From positions 846,552 through 910,551 of the forward strand of contig RDEW01000012.1 of NCBI GenBank assembly GCA_011109175.1: a DNA stretch of 64,000 nt. The letters run 5' to 3'. Positions 63,679-64,000 of this stretch are shown in pieces. Source of the stretch: Dicyema japonicum. Taxonomy: Eukaryota; Animalia; Dicyemida. The translations under genes and the position numbers were made by a program. The notes under the pieces are model-generated. The model was given only the letters and a program-made list of their open reading frames with translations. It did not search any database and was not told where the DNA came from. Position 1 is the stretch's first letter; each line of letters starts with the position of its first letter.

Positions 63679-64000
63679 ATGATTTTCTACTTATTTTCAA
63701 TCATCTTCACCTTCTGTCAAGCCGAGCCAAGCTGTGGACCCGACAATGAGTTCTGTATTGCTACAGCTTCACCGAGAAAGACCCACTAAGAATAAGCTGC
63801 TCCCCCGACTTGAATGCAATGTAGTTGATTACTCATTCTCTCAGAGTTATCGGACATTCTACGATCCCCAAACTGTTAAAGAGCCACATTTCCAAGACCT
63901 GCTCCCACATTAAAAATATGTTGTCCTGGGACTAACCGTTTAGCGAATTCCGTAGCTCAACTATTGGCTACATTGGAAACAAGGCGTTTTCCGGGCTTAC
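63679..64000 (+). CDS. Secreted/surface leucine-rich-repeat protein, 5' part (runs off window)
   Basis: Signal peptide MIFYLFSIIFTFCQA and a Cys-rich cap. Introns 63755-63780, 63821-63844 and 63920-63943 give an open frame ending IEFRSSTIGYIGNKAFSGL (LRR consensus). Confidence 0.7.

Overview
This is AT-rich eukaryotic, animal-like genomic DNA. Compact genes carry extremely short spliceosomal introns: I resolved 49 by hand, of which 47 are 20-31 nt and the mode is 22-24 nt. This fits a highly reduced parasite such as a dicyemid; that is inference only, and myxozoans or other lineages are not excluded. The standard genetic code is used. Host genes reconstructed: an HtrL/YibB-family gene with an in-frame TAA, STE24/ZMPSTE24, tRNA-Thr(TGT), thymidylate kinase (with a GC-AG intron), a GH18 chitinase-like gene with an altered catalytic motif and hydrophobic C-tail, MRG15/MORF4L1, and the 5' part of a secreted LRR gene. 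Two dispersed paralogous 199-aa secreted Cys-rich LRR-like genes (14987-15777 +, 34607-35393 -) have introns far more conserved than their exons. Most intergenic space is decayed mobile DNA: several APE-type LINE families, an RTE-type LINE, four CRE-like RLE retroelement fragments, three hAT fragments, a pogo fragment, a TGT-terminated MITE and a 5S-like sequence. 48823-60923 is a ~4-kb tandem triplication whose right breakpoint lies in codon 3 of MRG15. There is an 881-nt N gap at 12442-13322. All gene models were spliced and translated manually; no database searches were run.
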